Part shown: positions 32,528 through 43,660 of the stretch, piece by piece
How positions within the stretch are numbered: position 1 is the first letter of the stretch
Layout of the letters: each line of letters starts with the position of its first letter
Assembly: GCA_947626815.1 (NCBI GenBank)
Contig: CANQTN010000002.1
Location: 34,553-98,552 of the forward strand
Origin: an uncultured Clostridia bacterium
Lineage (GTDB): Bacteria; Bacillota; Clostridia; TANB77; CAG-508
Direction: 5' to 3'
Length of the DNA: 64,000 nt
Notes under the pieces: model-generated
Databases searched by the model: none
The model's input: only the letters and a program-made list of their open reading frames with translations
What the model was told of the DNA's origin: nothing
Translations under genes and position numbers: made by a program

Positions 32528-33403
32528 TCATAGATCATGACTTTCATGATTTTCATGATTTTCAATGCTTGGAGCTTTTTTATCAATTTGTCCTTTATCA
32601 TAAAACTCTCTTAATATTTCAAAAGCTTTTTCATTATACTTAGAATCAATTAATTTTGAAAAAATATCTTTATATCCGTCTAATGCTGATTCATATCCAT
32701 TACATTTTAAATCCATAGCAGCTTTGGCAATTTCTCTATCATTACCTTTTAACGCTTGTATTGCTAATACACTTGCAAATAATGTATAATCTGCATATGT
32801 TTTACAAAATTTCATCTTGTCAAATTTTTCACCTTTACTAAAAAATTCCCATACTTCTGGTGATACTGATTTCATATCTAAATCTGGACTGTTTTTCCTA
32901 TATCCTTTTGCATCTTCTTCAGCCTCTCTTATTAAATATCCTGTAGCTCCAATACATCCATTTTCTATTTCATCAACTCTACTAACTATATCTATTAATT
33001 CACTTACACCTTCATCTAATTCTGGTTTGTATGGTATGAATTTTTGTCTTCCATGATATTGTATAACTTGTCTAATTGCATTTAATTCTTTTGATATATC
33101 TAATTCTCCTTTAAAAACAGCTCTTGTTATAACATCTTCTCCTACATTATGATGTAACAATGCTCCATCATTAAAGCTGCCTAATAATTCTAATTGTTTA
33201 AATCTTCCTATATCATGGAACTTAGTAGCTATAACTGACATTCTGTCATTAGAAGTCATTCTTTTTGTTAATATTACTGTATTTTTTATATGATTAATTT
33301 TATCCATAGCTGCTTGACTGTTTTCGTATTTTTTTTCCATTTCTGCTAAATATTCATCTATCCATTTTTCTAATTTATCTAATATTTGATTATCTCTTTC
33401 CAT
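32528..33403 (-). CDS. HD-domain phosphohydrolase
   Basis: KINH...FHDIGRFKQ...H...IQYH pattern. Confidence 0.75.
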   Translation of the reverse strand: MERDNQILDKLEKWIDEYLAEMEKKYENSQAAMDKINHIKNTVILTKRMTSNDRMSVIATKFHDIGRFKQLELLGSFNDGALLHHNVGEDVITRAVFKGELDISKELNAIRQVIQYHGRQKFIPYKPELDEGVSELIDIVSRVDEIENGCIGATGYLIREAEEDAKGYRKNSPDLDMKSVSPEVWEFFSKGEKFDKMKFCKTYADYTLFASVLAIQALKGNDREIAKAAMDLKCNGYESALDGYKDIFSKLIDSKYNEKAFEILREFYDKGQIDKKAPSIENHENHESHDL

Positions 33404-33568
33404 TTTTATTCCTCCCTAAGTAATATTTTATCATTTTTCCTTAATTATGTCAAATTTTATTTGGGCTTTAATGACTAATTTTTAAAAATGGCTTAAATCT
33501 GTATAATATTAAAAGCCTACCATTTCTGGTAGACCCCTAAAAGATTTATTTACTTAAGCTATTGGATA

Positions 33569-35272
33569 TTACTTTTCTAAAATATATCCTGTTAAACTAT
33601 ATGATGAAACTTCTTTCGTATTTTCATCATATGAGAAGCTTAAATCTTGAATTATCAGCTTTCTTTCGTTATTTAGTTCTATTTCATTCATATTTTCAAA
33701 TTCTTTATTTAAATTTGATTCGCTTTTTCTTTTTTTATAGTTTATATATTCATTAATGTTATTTAGTATATTAATATATATTTTTTCACTTTCATTATTG
33801 CTATTAGAGTTTTCATAATATGATGTGTTATTGTATAAATTTATTTCTAAATTACTAAATAATTCTTGTATGTTTTTTAATTCATTTGATGCTTGACTAT
33901 AATAGTTATTTGTTTCAATTGCGTATAGTCTTTTATAGCCTTCTATATTAATTTTATTATTGTTTGTATGCAAATTAATTCGGTTTAAGTTATCATATAT
34001 TGAACTCGAGTATTTATCTTCACTTTGTGTAACTGAAAGTATTTTTTCTAGTTCACTTTCTGGTAATGTTTCTAAATATTTACTATTTTGTTTTAAATAA
34101 TTATATGCTCCTACAATCTTATTTTTTTCGTTATTTGTATATATATTTTTTTCTATTAATTTTAGGTTATGTATTTGGCTATATTCTGATACTTTATACA
34201 TATTTATATATGGTACAACTGTTGATATTAGTGTAATTATTACAAATACTATAATGGAATTTTCTATTTTTTTGTTATTTTTAAAATATATGATTGTGTA
34301 TATAATTTCAAAAACTATTAACATTACACATAAATATCTAGATGTTGTCATTCCATAGTTTGAAATTCTTACTCCTATGGAATATACTTGTAAAGCTATG
34401 AAAGGTATAAATAGTGCGGGTAACCATTTGTTTATTTTATCTATTAGTGTATTTTCATTGAAAGTTTTTGTCATTGTCCAAATTGGAAATCCTAATATAA
34501 ATAAATAAGCAAGTATTCTAAATATTTGATTCGAAGGCATTTGTCTTGTTAGTATAATTTTTAGTATGTATATATAAATTATTACAAATGCAATTATTAC
34601 TAATGTTTCCAATACATATTTAACTACAAATTTAGAAAATTTAGTTTTTATTTCATCTTCAACGTTGCATAATGCGTATATTAAGTTTGGTACATAATAA
34701 AGTCCTAATATTAATATTTCTGCTACTGTTACTATACTATATGTTTTTCCTTCTAGTATTAAGAAAACGAATATTGATGTAATCATAGCTATGCCTATTG
34801 CAAGTATAACATATACTAATGATGCTTTGAATATGTTTATAAATATTGATGTGATATATTCATTAAAAGAATATTCTTTATTTGTTCTATTTTTGTAGTT
34901 GAAAAATAGAATTAATGCTGGAATTATGATCATATAGCATATATATATTCTACCTATGATGTCTGATGTTTGAAATGCAGTGCTACTTATTGCTTTTGTA
35001 AAGGAGATTGATATTATTGCGGACATAACGTAATATACTATATTGTTTTTTTCTTTGTTTGATATGGATTCTATTAATAGTGCTCCATTTGCAAAGGTTA
35101 TGCAAAATATTATTATGTTTTTTAATATTTTATAAGTTATCATGTTAAATGCATCGTCTAATGCACATATTAGTGTTAATATTATTATTGTAGCTATTGT
35201 TATTGGAAATTTTTTTGCTACTTTTTTTAATACTAGACTTAGTTTAAAAATTTTTGCTTTTATTTTTTCCAT
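33569..35272 (-). CDS. DUF4153-like multi-pass membrane protein
   Basis: About 11 TM helices; YIYILKII...PSN and RISNYGMTTSRY motifs. Confidence 0.7.
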   Translation of the reverse strand: MEKIKAKIFKLSLVLKKVAKKFPITIATIIILTLICALDDAFNMITYKILKNIIIFCITFANGALLIESISNKEKNNIVYYVMSAIISISFTKAISSTAFQTSDIIGRIYICYMIIIPALILFFNYKNRTNKEYSFNEYITSIFINIFKASLVYVILAIGIAMITSIFVFLILEGKTYSIVTVAEILILGLYYVPNLIYALCNVEDEIKTKFSKFVVKYVLETLVIIAFVIIYIYILKIILTRQMPSNQIFRILAYLFILGFPIWTMTKTFNENTLIDKINKWLPALFIPFIALQVYSIGVRISNYGMTTSRYLCVMLIVFEIIYTIIYFKNNKKIENSIIVFVIITLISTVVPYINMYKVSEYSQIHNLKLIEKNIYTNNEKNKIVGAYNYLKQNSKYLETLPESELEKILSVTQSEDKYSSSIYDNLNRINLHTNNNKINIEGYKRLYAIETNNYYSQASNELKNIQELFSNLEINLYNNTSYYENSNSNNESEKIYINILNNINEYINYKKRKSESNLNKEFENMNEIELNNERKLIIQDLSFSYDENTKEVSSYSLTGYILEK

Positions 35273-35329
35273 ATGAGTCCTCTCTCCTTTTCTAGTAAGC
35301 TACTTAAATTAATTATGTTTTAATATATT

Positions 35330-38300
35330 TTAATCTGCTAAATCAGAGAAAAAGTCTACCATTTTTTTAATAAATACTAATTTAATTCTAGAAATATCAT
35401 TTACTGTAACTTTATCATCATTATCTGTTTGTAGTGCTTCTAAATAGGCGCCTGCCAGTATTTCTTTACCAACAAGATGTAATTTAGATTTTGCTACATC
35501 ATTTATTGTTATACTACCATCACCATCTATATCTCCTTTTACCGCACAAGTCCATATTTTTGTTCCTACTGTTATTGTATCTCCTGTTGAAATTTTATCG
35601 TCTACATTTTCTACAAGTACTGATGTATGTGCAGTTCCTAAATTAATATCACCTTCTGTTGTTGTATGATATTTTGGAGCTTGTGAAAAGTTTAATAATT
35701 CATGTAATTGCTTAAATGTAGTATTAGTAGGTAAGCTAATAATATTTGAGTTTTCTTTCATAGTAATATGTTGTAAATTTGCACTTTCTTTAAGAGTAAG
35801 AGTTTCTTCTATAAGTTTTGATATTATAACAGTTTTTGTAATGTCGCTTATTGCTATATTTGAATTTTCTTCTCCCATTTCAGCTTTTATATTTTCTAAT
35901 GAAATTGTGGCTGTTTTATTTGGATTTATGCTCATATCTAAATTATCTTTTACTTTGAATTTTATAGAAAGTATTTCATCTCCAGATGTTGAAATAAGTT
36001 TGTCATCTAGTGTTTTGGCATTAAAATTTTTTTCACTAGAATTATAGGTGTATTGCCAATTGTTAGAAGTTCCATTTTGTGCTGGTTCTTCTAATTCTAG
36101 TATATTTTCATCATAATTCAAAGTTCCATTTATAGCTTTAATTCCTTTTTCAGATCCTCCTAAATTAGAAATTTCAGATATAGAAAATGCTACTTCAAAT
36201 TTATCTCCTGGATGCAAATTTTGAATTTCTGATTTTACAGCATTTTCGTCGCTAGTAGAGTTTTTTACTTCTTGATATGCTTTTGCACTTAAAGATAATA
36301 CTGGTGTGTTTATAACAGGTTGTGTTACTACTGTTTCTCCTTTTTGTGTTTCTTGTTCAAGAACGCTTTTAGCAACAAAAGCTACTTTTAACATTGTTGA
36401 TTCTTCTTTGAGTTCAGAGTCATTATAATTTACATTTAAATTATATTCTCCTGGGTTTTCTTTAAAGTCATCCTTATTTATAGTTTTATCTCCAATTGCT
36501 ATTTCATCAATTTCGTAACCATCATCAGCAATAATTTTAAATGATTTTGTGTTTTCTGTTTCATTGTTTTTTAATGTATTGATTGTTTTAGCATTTGTTT
36601 GATTAGATGTATCTATAATTTTTCCACCTTCTGTAGAGTTTAAAATTATAGTTTTAGTGTCTTTTGCTTTTTCTTTATCTGCTTCAGTTTCAGTTACAGC
36701 TGCTATTGTGAATGGGCTAAAGCTATATACCTCAATAATTAAACCTAGTTTTGTTATTGTACAAGGTATTTCTTCTACATCTATTATTTCTCCTTGATTA
36801 TTTTTTATGTAGTGGTAAGCTTTAAATGTTACACCTTCATCTTCTGGTCCATATCCTTGTGGGAATCCAAGCATGACTCTAACTCCCATTCCATCTTTCA
36901 AATCTTTTTGTTGTTTTTTACATAAGGTAAGATTTATATTATAAGTTTCTGTAGATTTAATTTCACGTTCTTCATTGTTTTCTTTATATTCTGCATTTAA
37001 TGTATTTTTCATACTTTCATCTTCTGCTTTTGTTGTTTTTGTAGTTACAAGTGTTAATCTATGTTTTAATATATCTGATAATTCTTTTATTTTTGCATCA
37101 TTTGCATCATCTAATCCCATTTGTGTCATGTCAATATCATCATCCATTAGAACAGGTTTTCCATACACATTAAAATTAAATCCTTGTGCTGTATATGCAT
37201 AAGCAGAACATTCATGAGAACATGAATATATGGTAGATAATGGTGCTTTGTGACTTCTACTACCCATTAGTCCTCTGAATTCAAAAATATAATAAACAGT
37301 GTCATCTGCCCACATTTCACTAGGTGTGAAATTGAAAGTAAATGTACTTTGACCATCAAATTGAAAATCAGTGATTTTATATTTTAATCTAGGATTTGAT
37401 TGTCCCCCAACAGTAATTGCTTCTGTTGCATCTCTGTATGTAGCTGTTAATGGATCTAATATCATAATATGCACAGATGGTTCTTCTCCTGAATTATCTG
37501 GTATCAATATATCATCATATTCTATAGTAACAGGGTAAGTTTTTCCAATATATTGAACGCTACTTACTATTGGATTTGCTTTTTTCACATATGGTGGTGC
37601 TATATATATTCCATTAGGATTTTGCATAATGTCTGTTTTGTAAATAAGTGATGTTTCAGTTTCTTGATATTGTGTTTGTTTCACAATGTCATCTGGATTA
37701 TTTGAATCTTGTTTTGGTGCTGGTGCAATATCCGTAATTCCAACTTGTAAATAATTTATATGAGCAATCATTAGCTCTATATATTGATCTGTATCGTGCA
37801 TTCCTGAATTTCCATATATATCAGGACGTGGATATGACCATCCAGAACTACGTGTTACTCCATCTCGACCTTCTTGATACATATTTACAAGTATATACAT
37901 GCCATCTTCTTCAACTGCTTTTTGATATCCATGACCATTATAACTTATTCTTACTAAAGCAGTAGATGTATTGTCTTCATCATTGGCACTTTCATCATCT
38001 AATTCAACTTTTAAAGGTCCTTGATTATATATTACATCAAATTTGTCACTTACGGTTTCTAGTTCTGGATATGAAAATTCAAAATTTGATGCTGATAAAA
38101 TTCCTGTGGTAACATGCTTATACATTTTGTCTGCTCCAACAAGAAAAAATTCTGTGCTTATATCTTCATCATTGATGATGTCATCTTTATTATCAAAAGT
38201 TGTATCAACTGCATACCATTTGTCGTCATCTAATTGCACGTAATTCCACATATGTTCTTCTGGCTGAGTTTCTGTTACTCTATAAATACCTCTAACTAGT

Positions 38301-39088
38301 ATACATGGTATTCCTAGTCTATCTAAGACTGTTTTTAATGCTCTTGAAAATCCTTCACAAACTATATTTCCTTCATCAAGTCCAAATGCTCCGTAAGTTG
38401 TTCTAATTGTGTATGGATGTTCTGTTTGATATTCATATGTATATTTTGACATTTTGATAATTTCATTGTGTACCAATTTTACTTGTTGTTCTATTAAATC
38501 TTGGCCTGGTAGTAAAGTGTCCTTTTTAGATTCTGCCTTTTTGACTATTTCATCGATTTTAGCTTCTACTTTTTCAATTGAAGCATTAATTTTTTCTGTA
38601 TTTATACTATTGTCTGGATTTAAAAATTCTTTATTTATGTAATTATCACTTCTACCTGTACCTAAATAAAGATGTTTTTTCCCTTCAGATTGTGTAACTC
38701 TTATTGTAAGATAATCAAAGTCAACATAGAAAATGTTTGGATTATCACAAACAAAAGCATCTTTAGCTGCTCCCATTATATTTAACAAGTCTTGAGAACC
38801 TGTAGCAAAGTTGTTTAATTTTTCTTCTAGACCTGAAATTTTTGTTATTTCTCTGGATATATTACCCTTTTGTAAATCTCCTGTTTTATACATATCTTCA
38901 ATTGTATCATAAAATACTTTTGCATCAGCTGTTAATTGATTATAGAAATATTTTGTTGCAATATTTGTTGAAGATACTTCTGAATCTACAGCATATACTG
39001 TAGATGGCATAATAAAATTAATCCAGCTAAATTGAGTTATAAATATTACAATGATTAACATAGTTGAAATAATTTTTTTTATTTTCAT
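35330..39088 (-). CDS. Secreted protein with transglutaminase-like, cohesin-like and dockerin domains
   Basis: Signal peptide; VCEGFSRA...HMWNYVQLD..WYAVDTTFD triad; GDKFEVAF...GTLNYDENILEL; KGDIDGDGSITINDV / TDNDDKVTVNDI. Confidence 0.8.
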   Translation of the reverse strand: MKIKKIISTMLIIVIFITQFSWINFIMPSTVYAVDSEVSSTNIATKYFYNQLTADAKVFYDTIEDMYKTGDLQKGNISREITKISGLEEKLNNFATGSQDLLNIMGAAKDAFVCDNPNIFYVDFDYLTIRVTQSEGKKHLYLGTGRSDNYINKEFLNPDNSINTEKINASIEKVEAKIDEIVKKAESKKDTLLPGQDLIEQQVKLVHNEIIKMSKYTYEYQTEHPYTIRTTYGAFGLDEGNIVCEGFSRALKTVLDRLGIPCILVRGIYRVTETQPEEHMWNYVQLDDDKWYAVDTTFDNKDDIINDEDISTEFFLVGADKMYKHVTTGILSASNFEFSYPELETVSDKFDVIYNQGPLKVELDDESANDEDNTSTALVRISYNGHGYQKAVEEDGMYILVNMYQEGRDGVTRSSGWSYPRPDIYGNSGMHDTDQYIELMIAHINYLQVGITDIAPAPKQDSNNPDDIVKQTQYQETETSLIYKTDIMQNPNGIYIAPPYVKKANPIVSSVQYIGKTYPVTIEYDDILIPDNSGEEPSVHIMILDPLTATYRDATEAITVGGQSNPRLKYKITDFQFDGQSTFTFNFTPSEMWADDTVYYIFEFRGLMGSRSHKAPLSTIYSCSHECSAYAYTAQGFNFNVYGKPVLMDDDIDMTQMGLDDANDAKIKELSDILKHRLTLVTTKTTKAEDESMKNTLNAEYKENNEEREIKSTETYNINLTLCKKQQKDLKDGMGVRVMLGFPQGYGPEDEGVTFKAYHYIKNNQGEIIDVEEIPCTITKLGLIIEVYSFSPFTIAAVTETEADKEKAKDTKTIILNSTEGGKIIDTSNQTNAKTINTLKNNETENTKSFKIIADDGYEIDEIAIGDKTINKDDFKENPGEYNLNVNYNDSELKEESTMLKVAFVAKSVLEQETQKGETVVTQPVINTPVLSLSAKAYQEVKNSTSDENAVKSEIQNLHPGDKFEVAFSISEISNLGGSEKGIKAINGTLNYDENILELEEPAQNGTSNNWQYTYNSSEKNFNAKTLDDKLISTSGDEILSIKFKVKDNLDMSINPNKTATISLENIKAEMGEENSNIAISDITKTVIISKLIEETLTLKESANLQHITMKENSNIISLPTNTTFKQLHELLNFSQAPKYHTTTEGDINLGTAHTSVLVENVDDKISTGDTITVGTKIWTCAVKGDIDGDGSITINDVAKSKLHLVGKEILAGAYLEALQTDNDDKVTVNDISRIKLVFIKKMVDFFSDLAD

Positions 39089-39197
39089 AAAATTTCCTCC
39101 TTTAATTTATATATCCTTGATATTTTACCACATAGCTATGAAAAATACAACATATTTTTAGTTGACTTTTTACTATATTAGTAAAAAAACTATTTTT

Positions 39198-41703
39198 TTA
39201 TTCATAACTTCTAGTTATATTTTCTTTGATAACATTGTTTGTATTTGTAGTTTGATTTACTGGGGTGCTTTCGGAAGTTGAAGTAGTCGAATTTGTAATT
39301 TCTGTATTTGTAATGTTGTTAGCAGTATTTGTTGTTGAATTTGTGTTACTTGTATTACTTGTGTTATTTGTTATAGATGTATTAGAAGTATCTGGTGTAA
39401 TATTTGAATTTTTATTTGTTGTGTTATTAGTAGTTGTATTATTATTGGTGTTTGTAGTATTATTTGTAATTGGCACTTGTTGTGGATCAACTTCATCTAT
39501 ATCTTTTATTATATCTTGCACAACACTTTTTTCTACAGTATTAGTGCGATTATTTGTATTAACTTTTAATGCGGAACCTGAATGTTCATTGCATAGTTCA
39601 GGAATTGTATTTGGTAAAAAATATTCTGTGTATGTATTTGGACATGCAGTAGTTGCCCTTTTCCCTGTTTTAGAACATATATTTAAACTATATACAGAAT
39701 CTGGCTTTTTAAATGTTGCACTATTTAAACCAGTATGTATTCTAGACATAACGTTTGCCCATAATAAGCCTGCGGGATTTTTTTTATTATATTCAATTGT
39801 TTCATTTATATCATACCCATACCATGTAACGGCAGTATAATATGGTGTAAATCCGCAAAGCCACCTATCATAATCATTGTCACTTGTACCTGTTTTAGCA
39901 GCTACATCTACCCCATAAATTTTACAGTATGTTGCAGTACCATATGTTCCATTAACAGGTTGTTTTAAAAGTTCTTTTAAAATATATGCTACTTCTTTTG
40001 ATACAATTTGTTTTGTTTTTTGTTTTGACTTTAATATGGTTTTTCCAGTTATGTTATCAATACTTGAATAAAATGTAGGTTCAATGTATTTTCCATCATT
40101 GGCAATTGTTGCATATGCTCCAGCCATTTGTAAAGGACTAATTCCATTTTGAAGTCCTCCCAGAGCTAATACTAAAGTTTCATCATCTTTTGTTAATGTT
40201 GATATTCCCATTTTTTTGAGATATTTTATAGAATTACTTGGTTTTAATTTTTCCATTATTTCTACAAATGGTATATTTTGTGATGATTCAACCGCTCTTC
40301 TTACAGTTATATTACCGAGTGTACTATTTAAATCTGTAGGATGATATCCATCTGCGAAATCCCTTTGAGTGTCATTACAAATTGAAGATGCTGTTATAAT
40401 TTTTTTATCTATTGCTGGTAATAATACAGCTAATGGCTTAATTGAAGAACCTGTTTGTCTAATACTTTGTGTAGCTCTATTTAGTGATTTTACTTCTGTT
40501 TTTTTTCCAAGTCCTCCTACACATCCAACTATATGACCGTGTTTTGTGATCTATAATAATCATAGCAGCTTGTGATGAATTATTTCCATTTTTAGAAACT
40601 AAACTATATTTTGTTTTTTCAAATTCATTTTCTGTTTTACTTTGTATATTTGAATCTTGATTGCTATGTATAGTGAGTCCAGCCATATTTATATAATTTG
40701 TTGCAAAAGTTTCTGAAATGTTATACTTTTTAGAAATGTCTTTGGTTATTTCAGATATTAATGCATCTGTATGATATGAATAAACCGCTTCTTGAGATGG
40801 GATATTACCTTTAGTGAAATTTAATCCATTATCTGTATTGTTTATTGCTAAATTATAAGCTTCCTCATCTATGTAACCTAAATCTTTCATTTTTGAAAGA
40901 ACAGTTTTGGTTCTTTTAATTATTTTTTCTGAATTGTTTCCTTCTGCAAAAGGATTATAAGAATTAGGAGAATTGTTAATTCCTGCTAAAAAAGCACATT
41001 CTTCTAATGTTAAATCTTTTGCAGATTTGTTAAAATAGTATTTTCCCCCTGTTTCAACTCCATAGATATTGGGACCTACATATATAACATTTAAATAAGC
41101 TTCTAATATTTCGTCTTTAGATAAACAAGATTCTAATTGCCATGCTTTCCACCATTCTTTTATTTTTCTTATTATACTGTCAGTTGAATCACCTGTTAAA
41201 TTTTTAACTAATTGTTGTGTTATTGTACTTCCACCATAAGAAGATTTTCCAAAATGCGTTATATATGATAAAATAGCTCCTCCTGTTCTTTTTAAATCTA
41301 TTCCACCATGTGAGTAAAAACGTTCATCTTCAATTGCTACATATGCTTTTTTTAAATTATCTGGTATATTATCGGAAGATATATATTCTTTCTTTTTCTC
41401 ACTTCCTAATTTTGCAATTTCGTTTCCATTTACATCTATTATTATTGAATTTTCATTTGCTAACATTTCTTTTACAAGAACTTTCCATCTATAGCTATAA
41501 ATTCCTAAAATAATACCTATTGTAATAATTATAAATAAAATGGAAATTATTATTCGTTTTTTCCATTTGGATTTCTTTTTTTTCTTTTTTCTTTTTGATA
41601 TTGGTTTATCTTTCAAAAATTCATTTTTTTGCAATGCTTTAGGAATTGTATCGTCATCATATTTTGATTTCTTTTTGTCAGTTATGTTTAACAATATAAT
41701 CAC
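39198..41703 (-). CDS. Class A penicillin-binding protein, ~834 aa, one +1 shift at CGG (40539-40537)
   Basis: EDERFYSHGGID, GGSTITQQLVKN, RKIKE, YLN; after the shift DHKT-GHIVGCVGG, RQTGSSIKP (SxxK), SQN, KTGT; Asn/Thr-rich tail. Confidence 0.9.
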
Positions 41704-41895
41704 TATCCTTTTTGTAATTCATTTTTTTTAAGATTATAACATAAATATTTTAAAATAAAAACTGCATATACAACATTAGGAAAATTTTTTCTTTTTATTT
41801 CTTTTTTCATATTTTTAGTATATAATTGAAAAAATGGTTTATAGGTAAATCCATTTATAAAAAACTTAAATTTTATATAAGGACTGATTTTACAT

Positions 41896-42879
41896 ATGAT
41901 TAAACGTGAAGATAATCCAGAATTTATAAATTCATTTCTTGACTATTCTATAACAATTTTAAATAAATCTGCTAACAGTGTTAAAGAGTATAATTATGAT
42001 TTAGCTATGTTTTTTAAGTTTATAAAAATGCATTTTAATATGACTGATAAAACTGAATTAAAAGAAATAAAAATAAATGATTTAACAATTGAAACTGTAA
42101 AAAAAATTACTTTAAATGATATTCATGCATTTATATCGTTTTTAACTCGCGAATATAATAGTAAATCTACCACTAGAGCAAGAAAAGTATCAACTATTAG
42201 AATTTTTTTTAAATACTTAAGCCGAAAAGAAAAATTAATTGATGTAAATCCTGCTCAAGATTTAGAGACGCCTAAACTTGATAAAAGATTACCTAAATAT
42301 CTTTCTTTAGATGATAGTAGAAAATTACTAGAAATTACTTCAAATGAGGATAATAGAAATGCTGAAAGAGATTATGCCATTATTACTTTATTTCTTAATT
42401 GTGGGATGCGTCTTTCTGAGTTAGTTGGTATTAATACGAATGATATAGATTTTGGTGATTGTAAATTAAATGTTGTAGGAAAAGGTAATAAAGAAAGAAC
42501 AATTTATTTAAATAAAGCATGTATAAAAGCTCTTGATGAATATATCAAAGTTAAACCAAAACAAGGAATTAAACATGATAATAAATATTCGGAAAAAGCG
42601 CTTTTTTTAAGTGAAAGAAAAACTAGAATTAGTAATCGAACAGTTGAAAGTATAGTTACTAAACAATTGCAAGCTGCGGGCTTAGATACTAAAAAATATT
42701 CTGTTCACAAATTGAGACATACTGCTGCTACTTTGATGTATCAATATGGAAATGTAGATATTAGAGCTCTTCAAGAGCTTTTAGGACATGAAAGTATTTC
42801 TACTACTGAAATATATACACATGTTAGTAATGCTCAAGTTCGAAATGCTGTAGAAAGTAATCCATTAGCTGATATGTAG
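41896..42879 (+). CDS. XerC/XerD-family tyrosine recombinase
   Basis: GMRLSELV, GKGNKER, HKLRHTAAT, LLGHESISTTEIYTH. Confidence 0.92.
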   Translation: MIKREDNPEFINSFLDYSITILNKSANSVKEYNYDLAMFFKFIKMHFNMTDKTELKEIKINDLTIETVKKITLNDIHAFISFLTREYNSKSTTRARKVSTIRIFFKYLSRKEKLIDVNPAQDLETPKLDKRLPKYLSLDDSRKLLEITSNEDNRNAERDYAIITLFLNCGMRLSELVGINTNDIDFGDCKLNVVGKGNKERTIYLNKACIKALDEYIKVKPKQGIKHDNKYSEKALFLSERKTRISNRTVESIVTKQLQAAGLDTKKYSVHKLRHTAATLMYQYGNVDIRALQELLGHESISTTEIYTHVSNAQVRNAVESNPLADM

Positions 42880-42929
42880 ATAAAATGTTGCCAAAAAGAT
42901 TTTTTCTTAATGGCAACTGTAAATTATAT

Positions 42930-43509
42930 TCATAATAATATAGGACTAATCTGCTCACCATCTAAAGCATATTCTATGGCTTTTATAAGGTAATCAAAGT
43001 CAAATACTATTGATCTTGGCTTTGTAATTGGATTATCTTGTTTAAAAGGTACAAAATAATAATTTCTTCTATTAAGTAATTTTCCAATATTTTCGGCATT
43101 TCCACTTAATCCATTATTAGTTGATGGTGCAATTAATAATGGATTTCCGATTTCTTAAGTGTGATTTTGCGGCCATTAGTACAGGTGTATCAATAATATC
43201 ACAAGCTAACTTTGATATAGTATTTCCTGAGCATGGTGCAATAACCATAATATCTGTTAATTTTTTAGGTCCAATTGGTTCCGCTTCTTGAATAGTATGG
43301 ATTATTTTTTTTCCTGTTATCTCTTCTATTTCTTCAATAAATTCTTTAGCTTTCCCAAATTTAGTGTCTAATGAATAACTATTGTATGACATAATTGGTA
43401 AAATTTTTGCACCTTTTTGAGTAAGTTCTTTTATCTTAGGTATTGTTTTCCTAAATGTACAAAATGAACCCGTTAATGCAAATCCTATTCTTTTATCTTT
43501 TACTTCCAA
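42930..43509 (-). CDS. spoVFB: Dipicolinate synthase subunit B, ~192 aa, one +1 shift at CGG (43149-43147)
   Basis: IGFALTGSFCT, AEPIGPK, APCSGNT, AAKSHLRN-GNPLLIAPSTNNGL...YFVPFKQDNPITKPRS...QISPILL*. Confidence 0.9.
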
Positions 43510-43660
43510 ATTTTATCTACTCCTCCCTTCTATATTACATCTCTATATATAATATGAAATTATGTAAAATTTGAAAGCTATTTTAATTTCTTTTTAATAT
43601 AATTTTCAATATTTATTCATAATTAGACAGAACTATAAATAATTATTTAATGGTGATATC

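Noticed and set aside
32535-32565. 9-bp tandem repeat (tcatgattt-like) at the 3' end of the HD gene
   Set aside because: Only about 3 imperfect in-frame units encoding HENHESHD; no evidence of function.
41759-41786. Weak dif-like 11-6-11 sequence upstream of the Xer recombinase gene
   Set aside because: Only loose similarity to known dif arms in very AT-rich DNA; needs a profile search to support.
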